Source: Aquificota bacterium | Lineage (GTDB): Bacteria > Aquificota > Aquificia > Aquificales > QOAS01 | Assembly: GCA_026987085.1 (NCBI GenBank) | Contig: JALSNH010000145.1 | Span: 1 to 36,477, forward strand | Length of the DNA stretch: 36,477 bases | Reading direction: 5' to 3' | Shown: piece after piece, positions 7,304 through 16,531 of the stretch | Layout: every line of letters starts with the position of its first letter | Numbering within the stretch: the first letter of the stretch is position 1 | Notes under the pieces: model-generated | What the model saw: only the letters and a program-made list of their open reading frames with translations | The model's database searches: none | Told to the model about the DNA's origin: nothing | Position numbers and translations under genes: made by a program

Positions 7304-9223
7304 ATGGAATCTAAATACTATATAACCACGCCGATTTACTACGTTAACGGCGACCCCCATTTGGGACATGCCTATACAACAATTGCGGCCGATATTTTGG
7401 CAAGGTTCAACCGTTTGAGGAATAAAAAGGTATTTTTCCTAACGGGGACAGACGAGCACGGTTTAAAAATCCAACAGACGGCGGAAAAGTTGGGAATTAC
7501 ACCCAAAGAGTTGGCCGATAAAAATGCCAACCGCTTTAAGGAACTTTGGAAACTTTTAAATATCTCCTACGATAGGTTTATAAGAACAACCGAACCCGAG
7601 CACGTTAAGGCGGTTAAACATATCCTCCAAAGGTGCTACGAAAAGGGCGATATCTATAAAGGGTATTACGAAGGTTGGTATTGCGTCGGCTGTGAGGAGT
7701 TTAAAACGGAAAAGGAACTCCTCGAGGGGAACGTTTGCCCGATTCATAAAAAACCTTGCGAGTATATAAAGGAGGAAACCTACTACTTTAGGCTCTCGAA
7801 ATATACGGAGCCCCTTTTGGAGTTCTACGAAAGAAACCCGCAATTTGTAAAGCCCGAATACCGCTTTAACGAGGTAAAAGAGTTCGTAAGGCAAGGACTT
7901 AAGGATATCTCCATAACCCGTCCCCGCAATAGGGTTAAATGGGGTATACCCGCCCCCTTCGATGAGAACCAAACCGTTTATGTATGGTTCGACGCCCTAA
8001 CCAACTACCTTAGCGGGATAGGTTATCCAAAGCCCCAATATAGGGAGTGGTGGCCGGCCGACCTCCACCTTGTGGGTAAGGATATTTTGAGGTTCCACGC
8101 CGTCTATTGGCCGGCCTTTTTAATGAGCGCCGGGGAGGAGCTCCCCAAACAGATTTTTGCCCACGGTTGGTGGCTCGTTGAGGGGCACAAAATCTCCAAA
8201 AGTTTGGGAAATGTAATAGACCCCTTTGTGGCGGTGGAAAAGATAGGCGTCGACCCCTTTAGGTATATCCTCTTTAGGGAGACACCCTTCGGGGAAGATG
8301 GAAACCTAACCCGCGAAAGTGTTTTAAACAGGGTAAACGGCGAACTGGTAAACGAGATAGGAAACCTCTACTCAAGGGTCGTTGCTATGGTTCACAAATA
8401 CCTCGGGGGGGAAATCGATAATGTGAAAGACCTTTCCGAGTTTTCCGATTACAAAAACCTTACCGAGGGGATTATCAGAAATTACATAAAACTTGTTGAG
8501 GATTACAAGTTCCACAAAGCCCTCGAGGAGGTTTTAAAACTTGCCGAATACCTAAACCGGTTTATAGACCAAACCAAACCCTGGGAGCTCTATAAAAACA
8601 AAGACCTCAAAAGGTTAAAAACGGTTCTCTACATTGCCCTAAACGGTTTGGCGGTAATTACCCACCTGCTCTACCCCTTTATGCCGACAACTATGGAAAA
8701 AGCCCTAAAAATGGTTGGTTTAGAAAAATTTGAAACCTTCGATAGGTTAAACGCTTTTGTTTTAAAAACCCCCCTAAAGGTTGGTAAAAAGGAGAACCTC
8801 TTTAGGAGGATTACTGAAGATGACCTAACCTTTATAGTGAAGGTTGAAGAAAAACCTAAGGAGGTAAAGATGGAGGAGAAAAAACCTGAAGGTGTGGAGT
8901 ATATCGACTTTAACGATTTCCAAAAGGTGGTTCTAAAGGTGGGACAAATCCTTGAAGTGGAAGAGATACCTAAGGCCAAAAAACTTTACAAACTTACCGT
9001 GGAACTCGGCGAGGAAAATCCGAGAACGATAGTTGCGGGCATTAAACCTTTTTACACTCCCGAGGAATTGAAAGGCAAAAAGGTTATAGTTGTGGCCAAC
9101 CTAAAACCCAAAAAACTAATGGGTATCGAAAGCCAAGGTATGCTTTTGGCAGCCAACGACGGAGAGAATTTCTCCCTCCTTACGGTGGAAAAGAATATAA
9201 AAAACGGAACAAGGGTTTCCTAA
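7304..9223 (+). CDS. metG: Methionyl-tRNA synthetase with C-terminal OB-fold tRNA-binding domain
   Basis: YITTPIYYVN, HLGH (HIGH motif), TGTDEHG, Zn knuckle CVGC..CPIH, KISKS (KMSKS motif), C-terminal VANLKP..GIESQGM. Confidence 0.98.
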   Translation: MESKYYITTPIYYVNGDPHLGHAYTTIAADILARFNRLRNKKVFFLTGTDEHGLKIQQTAEKLGITPKELADKNANRFKELWKLLNISYDRFIRTTEPEHVKAVKHILQRCYEKGDIYKGYYEGWYCVGCEEFKTEKELLEGNVCPIHKKPCEYIKEETYYFRLSKYTEPLLEFYERNPQFVKPEYRFNEVKEFVRQGLKDISITRPRNRVKWGIPAPFDENQTVYVWFDALTNYLSGIGYPKPQYREWWPADLHLVGKDILRFHAVYWPAFLMSAGEELPKQIFAHGWWLVEGHKISKSLGNVIDPFVAVEKIGVDPFRYILFRETPFGEDGNLTRESVLNRVNGELVNEIGNLYSRVVAMVHKYLGGEIDNVKDLSEFSDYKNLTEGIIRNYIKLVEDYKFHKALEEVLKLAEYLNRFIDQTKPWELYKNKDLKRLKTVLYIALNGLAVITHLLYPFMPTTMEKALKMVGLEKFETFDRLNAFVLKTPLKVGKKENLFRRITEDDLTFIVKVEEKPKEVKMEEKKPEGVEYIDFNDFQKVVLKVGQILEVEEIPKAKKLYKLTVELGEENPRTIVAGIKPFYTPEELKGKKVIVVANLKPKKLMGIESQGMLLAANDGENFSLLTVEKNIKNGTRVS

Positions 9224-9240
9224 ACTAAAAGCTCCTAAAA

Positions 9241-11139
9241 ATGGATTTAAGAAAACGTTTTCTTTATCTCTACCTGCTCTTTCTTGCAATGTTTATTCTC
9301 TTGGGAATTAGATATATACAAATTCAACTCCTATTTAAGGACAATTACTTTAAAGAACTCACAAAAAGATACTCTGATGTAAGAACCATAACTTTACCGG
9401 AATGGCGGGGAATAATCTACTCTGCCGATGGTGTTCCCCTTGCCATTACCATTGACAACTATATTTATTACGCCATAACTTCGAAACTCAGTGAGGAAGC
9501 TAAACAGATTTATGCCTCAACTTTCGATGTAGCTTTTAATATTCCCAAAAAGGAGATATTAAAACAGCTAAATTCCAAAGAAGGTTATTTAGAAATATAC
9601 CAATCCCCAAACCGTGATATATACAGGATTTTTAAAAAACTCCGTTATGCGTTATGGAAAACCCAAAGAAAACTTACGAAAGCATTGTTTGGACGATACG
9701 TAGTTGATACTTTCAAACTTCGAGAATTTTGCAAAAAGCCCCCTTCGGGGGAACTTCCCAGAAAGATATGTGCAATTCAAGAGATTTTAGATTGGACCGG
9801 TGTGGAAGTTGCCAATAAAAGGGTATATCCACAAGGAAGATTTCTTGCTAACACTATCGGCTTTGTAAACTCCCAAAACTTTGGGAAGGCCGGTGTGGAA
9901 CTTATGGAAGATAAGAATCTCTATGCAGGACCAATAAAAATTCCCTACCTTTATGGAATAAAGCTAAAAGGTGTAGATGTACCGGCATTTAGATATATGA
10001 AAAAGAATTTAACTTCCGATGTATATCTTACTATCGATTTTACAATTCAAGCAATTTTAGAAGAAACCAAAGAGGAAATAGTAAAACGATGGAAACCTAA
10101 AAAGGTTGTCATATTACTGATGAACGCCTACAACGGAAAAATATTGGGTTTAGCGGTATATCCCGATTTTAATCCCAACAAACCCTTTAAAAACTGGCAA
10201 GAATATCTAAACAGTCGCAATCCGGCCTTCATGGATGTATTCGAAATGGGATCCGTTATCAAACCCTTTTTTGTAGGCTTGGCGCTATACAAACACCGAA
10301 TCTCCGTGAACGACAAAATTTATATAGATGGAGGTCGCACAAAGATAGGGGGGCATATAGTAAGGGATGCAGAAAGACTGTATACCTCTTACCTCTCCGT
10401 TAGAGACGTTTTGGTTCATTCTTCCAATGTGGGAACCGTTCAAATAGCGCGGCACCTTAAAAAGGAAGATGAAGAATGGCTTATAAATCTTTTAGGGTGG
10501 AATAAAAAAATCTCCAACTTTCCCGGTTCTACTTCCGGATTAATACCGAATTTAAACCTACCTGCCAACCGGCTTTATATAGCGTTCGGCCAAGGTTTAG
10601 CATTAACACCTATTCATCTTGTTAGTTCCTACGCCGCTTTACTAACAGGTTATGCTCCCGTTCCCCAACTGGTTGAAAAGGTGGTTAGAGAAGATGGTAA
10701 GGTTATTAAAGAGTTCAAGCCCCAATATATAAATAGCGAACCCTTGTTTGACGAAGAAACGCGAAGATGGCTTTTAGAAACTTTCCACCAAATTGTAATT
10801 AGAGGAACCGGAAAGAAAGCAAACCCCTACTACTACAGGGTTGGAGGAAAAACGGGAACTGCTCAAGTCTACGATAAAAAACTTCACATGTATTCTTCAA
10901 CACGTTATGTTACCTCTTTTATAGGTTTCTTTCCCTATCCAAAACCCAAATATGTTTTGTTGGTTCTAGTTGATGAACCCAAAGCCCCTTATAGGGGCTT
11001 ACTTTATGGCGGAACGGTGGCCGCGCCTTACTGGGCGGAAATAGTTAACAGAGTTTCCTCCTATCTCTTAATAAAACCTAATTTGGATAAAAGGTTGGAA
11101 CAAAAACTGGAAAGGTTAAATAGCCATAGGCATAATTAG
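9241..11139 (+). CDS. ftsI: Class B penicillin-binding protein (FtsI/PBP3-like transpeptidase)
   Basis: N-terminal TM helix, RGIIY..DG, KRVYPQG, SxxK (GSVIK), SxN (HSSN), KTGTAQ. Confidence 0.85.
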   Translation: MDLRKRFLYLYLLFLAMFILLGIRYIQIQLLFKDNYFKELTKRYSDVRTITLPEWRGIIYSADGVPLAITIDNYIYYAITSKLSEEAKQIYASTFDVAFNIPKKEILKQLNSKEGYLEIYQSPNRDIYRIFKKLRYALWKTQRKLTKALFGRYVVDTFKLREFCKKPPSGELPRKICAIQEILDWTGVEVANKRVYPQGRFLANTIGFVNSQNFGKAGVELMEDKNLYAGPIKIPYLYGIKLKGVDVPAFRYMKKNLTSDVYLTIDFTIQAILEETKEEIVKRWKPKKVVILLMNAYNGKILGLAVYPDFNPNKPFKNWQEYLNSRNPAFMDVFEMGSVIKPFFVGLALYKHRISVNDKIYIDGGRTKIGGHIVRDAERLYTSYLSVRDVLVHSSNVGTVQIARHLKKEDEEWLINLLGWNKKISNFPGSTSGLIPNLNLPANRLYIAFGQGLALTPIHLVSSYAALLTGYAPVPQLVEKVVREDGKVIKEFKPQYINSEPLFDEETRRWLLETFHQIVIRGTGKKANPYYYRVGGKTGTAQVYDKKLHMYSSTRYVTSFIGFFPYPKPKYVLLVLVDEPKAPYRGLLYGGTVAAPYWAEIVNRVSSYLLIKPNLDKRLEQKLERLNSHRHN

Positions 11140-12210
11140 GCATATGTAAGGTTCCTCTTCAAAATTTTCGGCTTCTATTACGGCGGGAGAGTCGGGGTCT
11201 ACCAACTTGAACCAAATTCTTTCGCTATCATAGTTATCGAGAGCTTCGATAATATAACGAGCGTTAAATTCGGTCGATATAGTTTCCCCAACATACTCCG
11301 CTTCTACTTCGTCCTCCGCTTCTCCGAATTCAGGGTCGGAGACTTCCAGTTTAACGAGATTTTCCATTAGAGTGATTTTTACAGGCTTAACTTTGCCCTC
11401 TATTAAAAGGGTCACCCTCTTTAAAGCGTTAACAAATTCTTCTACTGCTATTAAAGCATTGTAATTCGTTTCCGAAGGTAAAACGCTTTCGTAATCTGGA
11501 TAATCTCCCTCCAAAAGGCGAACTGCTAATTTCCAATTCTCACCCTCAATGAAGGCGAAATTTTCGGAGGCGGCCAATGTTAACTCGTCTAATTTTACTA
11601 TTAACTTTTTCAAAACCTTTAAACTCTTTTTGGGCAGTAAAAATTTCAAGTTAAAGTTATCTACTTGAGGTCTGTAGAGTGCCAACCTATGGCCATCTGT
11701 ACCAACAAAATCTACAACCGACCCTTTTCCATTAACGTAGAGCCCATTAAGAACAATGTTTTCCGAATCTTTAGGTATTGCATAATCAGTTCTTTCTATA
11801 GCCTCCAGGATAATACCCCCATCCAGATGGGAAGTTTTCATATCCTCCTGAGGTTCCGGAAATTCGGGAAACTCTTCCGGGTCAACCGTTGTAAGTTTAA
11901 ACCTTGAACGGCCACATTCTATAAGAAGGTTTTCCCCCTGTAGGCTTAGAACTACTTCCGCACACTTTCCGTTTTTAATTAATTCGGTTAACTTCTGTGA
12001 GTTCACAGAGATAATTCCCTCTTCAATTACATTGGCAGGAACCTGAAGTGTCAAATAATTCTCTAAATCGGTAGCTTTAATAATAAGATGTTCTCCTTCG
12101 GCGGCAAGTAGAAAATTGGTAAGTATTGGTAAAGCAGCCTTTTTTTCTGTAGCCTCCTTTGCTTTATTTAAAGCGTCCTCTAAAAGTTTTCTATCACAAA
12201 TAACCTTCAT
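11116..12210 (-). CDS. dnaN: DNA polymerase III beta sliding clamp
   Basis: ATDLE, GTDGHRLA, RLLEGDYPDY, FNARY, LIMPM; 364 aa. Confidence 0.97.
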   Translation of the reverse strand: MKVICDRKLLEDALNKAKEATEKKAALPILTNFLLAAEGEHLIIKATDLENYLTLQVPANVIEEGIISVNSQKLTELIKNGKCAEVVLSLQGENLLIECGRSRFKLTTVDPEEFPEFPEPQEDMKTSHLDGGIILEAIERTDYAIPKDSENIVLNGLYVNGKGSVVDFVGTDGHRLALYRPQVDNFNLKFLLPKKSLKVLKKLIVKLDELTLAASENFAFIEGENWKLAVRLLEGDYPDYESVLPSETNYNALIAVEEFVNALKRVTLLIEGKVKPVKITLMENLVKLEVSDPEFGEAEDEVEAEYVGETISTEFNARYIIEALDNYDSERIWFKLVDPDSPAVIEAENFEEEPYICLIMPMAI

Positions 12211-12256
12211 AGTTTAGTTTTATTAAAAACCAAAACTTTTAAAGGAAAGTGAAAAC

Positions 12257-12541
12257 TTAAAAATCCCTGCGTATGTAGAAATCCATAAACTCTCCTGTAG
12301 GTTCTTCCCAATAAACCTCTATACGATCAACCCTTGCCAATGAAGGTCCCTTTTTGAGGTCTTCCAGAAATTCCTTTAAAAGAACCTCATCTCCCTCCGC
12401 TACTACTTCCACGCGCCCGTCGGGTAAGTTTCTTACCCAGCCGGTTATTCCATAAACATTTGCCCGTTTTTCGGTAAAGTATCTAAAGCCTACCCCTTGT
12501 ACTCTTCCAGAGATAAAAGCGTGTAATCTTTTCACAACCAT
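12257..12541 (-). CDS. acyP: Acylphosphatase
   Basis: GRVQGVGFR, GWVRNLPDGRVE. Confidence 0.97.
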   Translation of the reverse strand: MVVKRLHAFISGRVQGVGFRYFTEKRANVYGITGWVRNLPDGRVEVVAEGDEVLLKEFLEDLKKGPSLARVDRIEVYWEEPTGEFMDFYIRRDF

Positions 12542-12600
12542 TTTGCAAAAAAAGAATATTTAAATTTTCTAATACCATTTTTTCCAGTTAAAAGTTAAAA

Positions 12601-12614
12601 TGTATATTTATACA
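12601..12614. promoter_or_regulatory. Perfect inverted repeat, candidate operator
   Basis: TGTATA-TT-TATACA in the divergent acyP / HTH-gene intergenic region. Confidence 0.4.
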
Positions 12615-12725
12615 ATTCCATTACTAATTTAGTTTCTGTTATTAATTATATGCTAACAAGCATGGTTTTAATTAGGCAAATGGAATAAGTTAAATTTTAT
12701 GTAAAAAAAGTAAGGAGGTGTTGAA

Positions 12726-12989
12726 ATGGCAAGGAGAAGTAGGTTTCCGGGGAGGGCTGTCTTAGATTATCTGTATAACCAACAAAGATATTCTATGGAA
12801 CTTATTGCCAAAATTTTTGGCGTATCCCGTGAGGCGGTGAGATTATGGTTAAATCAAGCGGGTATCCCTACAAGGGATAGGATTTACGCAGTGAAAACCA
12901 GGGGAGCAAGAAAGAGAATAAATGTACGGGAGATAAGAAAAAGATTGAAGGATATGTTCCCTGAGGTAGTTAGTCTTTTACCCTCTTAA
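12726..12989 (+). CDS. Small, very basic helix-turn-helix protein of unknown function
   Basis: LY....SMELIAKIFGVSREAVRLWL..AGIP.R HTH pattern; strong SD TAAGGAGGTG. Confidence 0.8.
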   Translation: MARRSRFPGRAVLDYLYNQQRYSMELIAKIFGVSREAVRLWLNQAGIPTRDRIYAVKTRGARKRINVREIRKRLKDMFPEVVSLLPS

Positions 12990-13976
12990 TCCTTCTCCTG
13001 GAGGTCTATATATTGCAACCGGTGAAAGACCGAAATAAATTTTTCCTATCCGGAATGAATATTTAAATAAAACAACTAAAGAAGCGTTAGCTTCAATAAT
13101 ACCGCAACTGTTCACTTTATAAAAACCTTTTTTAAAAAAATTAAAGGTTAGAATCTTTCTTTCCTTATAAAGGATTTTGTTATCCTTTTTTAAAATTTCA
13201 AAATTGCAAAGGGAAATATAAAAATTTCCTGAATATAAGCTTTCTATAATTTCATCTCCAAAGGTTTTATTTGATAATAAATAAAAACTCCAAAGGTAAG
13301 GAGGAAATGAGAAAAACTTTTTAGGTTTTTCCCACAGAGAGAGCTTAACATGATGATCTAAACCTCCTATTATTTTCAAATCTCCTTTTGTTCTTTGTAA
13401 ATAAAACTCAATCCATTTAAAAATAGGAATGAGTTTTGGAAAAAAATTCAAAGCTTTTAGTTTAACAAATGGATAAAGAAGTAAAAATCTAAGAATAAAG
13501 TAAATTTTTAAACTTGTTGAAGCTTCGGAAATAACATCTTTTAGGTCAATAAGTTCATAAAAAAAATCTTTTTTATATTTTCCACGCCAAGAGTACTCGG
13601 GTTTTCTGTTATTGTTAGGATGAGCTATAACTAGAAAAAGATTATTTAGTTTCAGAACTCGTCCATAAATAGGGTCTTGATATTCAATCCCGGGAATTAT
13701 TAAAGGACTTTTATAGAACTTTATAAAATCGTTATTGTGGTCGGTAATAAAAACTTTATCTATACCTAGTTTCTTTGCTGCTTTTTCTATCTCTTCCGGT
13801 TTACCCAAGCTATCGTAGGAATAGTAGGTATGAACATGAACTACAAAAGTTTTACCCTTTTTGGAAAACTCCTCTTGTTTGAGACAATTTTCAACTGTTA
13901 GCGTTTTAAAAGGATAGATAAATTCAAAAAAAATAAATATCAAGAGCGTAAAAATAAAAATTCCGAAAATAAGCAT
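12978..13976 (-). CDS. Membrane-anchored PHP-domain phosphoesterase-like protein
   Basis: HVHTYYSYDS, ITDHN, PGIE, IAHP, GGLDHH metal-ligand motifs; N-terminal hydrophobic segment. Confidence 0.8.
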   Translation of the reverse strand: MLIFGIFIFTLLIFIFFEFIYPFKTLTVENCLKQEEFSKKGKTFVVHVHTYYSYDSLGKPEEIEKAAKKLGIDKVFITDHNNDFIKFYKSPLIIPGIEYQDPIYGRVLKLNNLFLVIAHPNNNRKPEYSWRGKYKKDFFYELIDLKDVISEASTSLKIYFILRFLLLYPFVKLKALNFFPKLIPIFKWIEFYLQRTKGDLKIIGGLDHHVKLSLWEKPKKFFSFPPYLWSFYLLSNKTFGDEIIESLYSGNFYISLCNFEILKKDNKILYKERKILTFNFFKKGFYKVNSCGIIEANASLVVLFKYSFRIGKIYFGLSPVAIYRPPGEGLRG

Positions 13977-14047
13977 TAAGAAATATAGTCCATCTTGCGC
14001 TTCCTTAAAACCTTATCTTTCTGAGTTTTTTAAAATTTAACCTCCTA

Positions 14048-15226
14048 ATGCTTCAAGTTCGTGTAAAACCTGGGGTGGAGAAAAAATTAAGAAACAGATT
14101 TCCTTGGGTATATAAAAAAGAAATTGCATCTTACTCAAGAACACCTAAAAAAGGAGAAACCGTAGTAGTTAGAGATTTCAGCGGTAAATTTATTGGCTAC
14201 GGATATATAAATCCGGAGGTCAATATAACTATCCGACTCTTATCGTTCGATAAAAACGAAAAGCCCACCCCGGAACTTATAAAAAGAAAAATTGAAAACG
14301 CCTATAACTATCGTAAAAGTTTAAATATTCCTTCCAACGCCTACCGTTTGATTCACTCCGAAGGTGATTTTCTTCCCGGTTTGATAGTGGATGTTTATGA
14401 CAAATGGGTGGCCGTGGAATTTACCACCTACGGTATGGAGGAATACAAAGAGGTTGTTATCGAAACCTTAAAAGAACTTTTAAATCCGGAAGGTATTTAC
14501 GAAAAAATAAACGAATTTAGTAAAAAAGTTGAGGGCCTGCGGGGTGAGGAACAGACACTTTATGGTACAGTTCCCGAAGAGATAGTTATTAGAGAATACG
14601 ATTTGAAATTTTATGTGAATATTCCCGAAGGGCAAAAAACCGGCATGTTCTTAGACCAAAGGAATGCACGTTATTTTCTCAGACAGTTAATAAAAGGAGG
14701 TGAAAGGGTTCTCGATGTGTTCTGCCACTCCGGAGGTTTTGCTATAAGTGCTAGAAAGGCCGGTGCGGGCGAGGTTATCGGAGTTGATATTAGCGATTTA
14801 GCTTTAGAACTTGCCAAAAAAAATGAAAAGTTAAACGGACTTGAAGGCATTAAATGGGTAGAAGCAAACGCTTTTGATTTTCTAAAAGAGCAACACAAAA
14901 GAGGAGAAAAATATGATGTGGTAATTATAGACCCTCCTTCGTTTGCCAAGAATAAAGCGGCGGTAGAGAATGCGTTAAGAGGTTATAAAGAACTTTTGGT
15001 AAGAGGTCTCCATATAACAAAACCGGGAGGAATTTTAGCTATATTCTCCTGTTCATTCCACATAACCGAACAGCACCTTCTCCAAACTTTACAGGACGCT
15101 GCTTTTGATACTAAAAAGGTTTTGAGGGTAAGAGCTAAAACTTATCAGGATTTGGACCACCCTTGGATTTTGCAAATTCCCAACACTCTATATTTAAAAG
15201 GAATTTGGGTGGAGGTTTTAAATTAG
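14048..15226 (+). CDS. rlmI: RlmI-family rRNA m5C SAM-dependent methyltransferase with PUA domain
   Basis: FPWVY, YRLIHSEGDFLPGLIVD, GQKTGMFLDQR, IDPPSF, FSCS, YLK. Confidence 0.88.
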   Translation: MLQVRVKPGVEKKLRNRFPWVYKKEIASYSRTPKKGETVVVRDFSGKFIGYGYINPEVNITIRLLSFDKNEKPTPELIKRKIENAYNYRKSLNIPSNAYRLIHSEGDFLPGLIVDVYDKWVAVEFTTYGMEEYKEVVIETLKELLNPEGIYEKINEFSKKVEGLRGEEQTLYGTVPEEIVIREYDLKFYVNIPEGQKTGMFLDQRNARYFLRQLIKGGERVLDVFCHSGGFAISARKAGAGEVIGVDISDLALELAKKNEKLNGLEGIKWVEANAFDFLKEQHKRGEKYDVVIIDPPSFAKNKAAVENALRGYKELLVRGLHITKPGGILAIFSCSFHITEQHLLQTLQDAAFDTKKVLRVRAKTYQDLDHPWILQIPNTLYLKGIWVEVLN

Positions 15227-16131
15227 GAGAGAAGTTTTGCCAGCTCCTCCACCGCCCAAGAGAGACTTCTAACGCCAACCGCAAAGGATTTTGGTCTAAC
15301 TACAAAACCGCTCGGAGATTTGTAAACGGCTATAAACACCTGTTGGTAAAAACCCTCCTCCCCTACAAAAGTCTCTATTAAATCGACCTTTTCACCTTTA
15401 TAGGTCTCCTCAACTTTCAAAAAGTAGCCCCTCTTTGGATCCTTTAATTCGAGATTTTTATAAACCCTTTGCGGGTTGTAATTTTCAATTTTTACACTTC
15501 TCAAGGGCTCAACCTCCCTGTCTTCCAACCCTTCCGGTGTTTTTAGTTTTATAAGTAAAAGCTTTAAGGGTTTTCTACCTTCCCTTAACGCCTTTTGTTC
15601 ATACTTGGTGGTCGGAAGTTTCCAATCGAAGGAACGTTCTATTTGAAAAATACCCTTTAAAGGTTCCAGCTGCTCCAGTATGTAGTTGTAGTAATCCTCT
15701 ATATCGGTTCTTATGTAGACCTTCCCACCATCTTTGAGTTTAAAGGCGACCCACCTTAGGAAGGAAGTTTTTAAGAGCCTCCTTTTTATGTCCCTCTTTT
15801 TAAAAAACGGATCGGGGTAATTGAAATAGAAAGCCTCAACTTGGTTCGGTTTTAATAGGTATTCCACAAAAAGGTTTGCATCTAAATTGAACACGTAAAG
15901 GTTGTTAAGTTTTTGATTTAAACATTTATGGACCAAAGCCCTAACGCCGGGATGCCACTTATCCACGGCCAAGATGGGCTTTTCGGGAAATCTTCTTGCA
16001 AGCTCAACCGTAAAGTCGCCGTTTCCAAATCCTATTTCCACCAAAGGGTCTTTGAAATTTAGTTTTTCCTCTATAGGTTTCGTTGTATCCCAACAGCAGG
16101 GGGTAAATTTTTCTTCTTTTCTACAACCCAC
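15223..16131 (-). CDS. trmB: tRNA (guanine-N7)-methyltransferase with C-terminal extension; start uncertain
   Basis: VEIGFGNG, YPDPFFKKR, RTD, TKYEQK. Confidence 0.92.
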   Translation of the reverse strand: MGCRKEEKFTPCCWDTTKPIEEKLNFKDPLVEIGFGNGDFTVELARRFPEKPILAVDKWHPGVRALVHKCLNQKLNNLYVFNLDANLFVEYLLKPNQVEAFYFNYPDPFFKKRDIKRRLLKTSFLRWVAFKLKDGGKVYIRTDIEDYYNYILEQLEPLKGIFQIERSFDWKLPTTKYEQKALREGRKPLKLLLIKLKTPEGLEDREVEPLRSVKIENYNPQRVYKNLELKDPKRGYFLKVEETYKGEKVDLIETFVGEEGFYQQVFIAVYKSPSGFVVRPKSFAVGVRSLSWAVEELAKLLS

Positions 16132-16171
16132 TGGAGGAGAAAAATTTTAAAGGGACTAATAAAGGAAAGAA

Positions 16172-16444
16172 TTATTTAACCTTTTCTCTGAGTTGTTTTG
16201 CGGGTTTAAATACTACCACTTTGCGGGCAGGAATGGTAATTTCCTCTCCGGTTCTAGGGTTCCTTCCCTTCCTTGCAGAGCGTTCCCTCACTTGGAAAAT
16301 TCCAAATTTAGGTAGAGCAATTCTTTCACCCTTTACAAGGGCATCTTCTACAGCTTCGATAAAGGCCTTAAGGCATCTGTCGGCTTGCTTTTTGGAAACG
16401 CCGGCAGCTTCCGCAATTTTTGCAACAAGCTCAGCCTTCGTCAT
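16172..16444 (-). CDS. hup: DNA-binding protein HU
   Basis: MTKAELV, FGIF, RKGRNPRTGEEI, FKPAKQL; SD AGGAGG. Confidence 0.96.
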   Translation of the reverse strand: MTKAELVAKIAEAAGVSKKQADRCLKAFIEAVEDALVKGERIALPKFGIFQVRERSARKGRNPRTGEEITIPARKVVVFKPAKQLREKVK

Positions 16445-16531
16445 CTTCTTACCTCCTAAGGTTATTAAACTACGGCTAAAAACCTATCTTGGTAGATTTT
16501 TGGAAAAAATGCAAATGGAAAAGAGCCGATA

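Noticed and set aside
12542..12725. Possible oriC near dnaN (the 21576-21918 gap was also considered)
   Set aside because: No cluster of good DnaA boxes (TTWTNCACA), only isolated imperfect matches, and dnaA is not in the window.
15223..15560. C-terminal extension of TrmB as a novel domain
   Set aside because: A long C-terminal region is already known for Aquifex TrmB, so it is lineage-typical rather than new.
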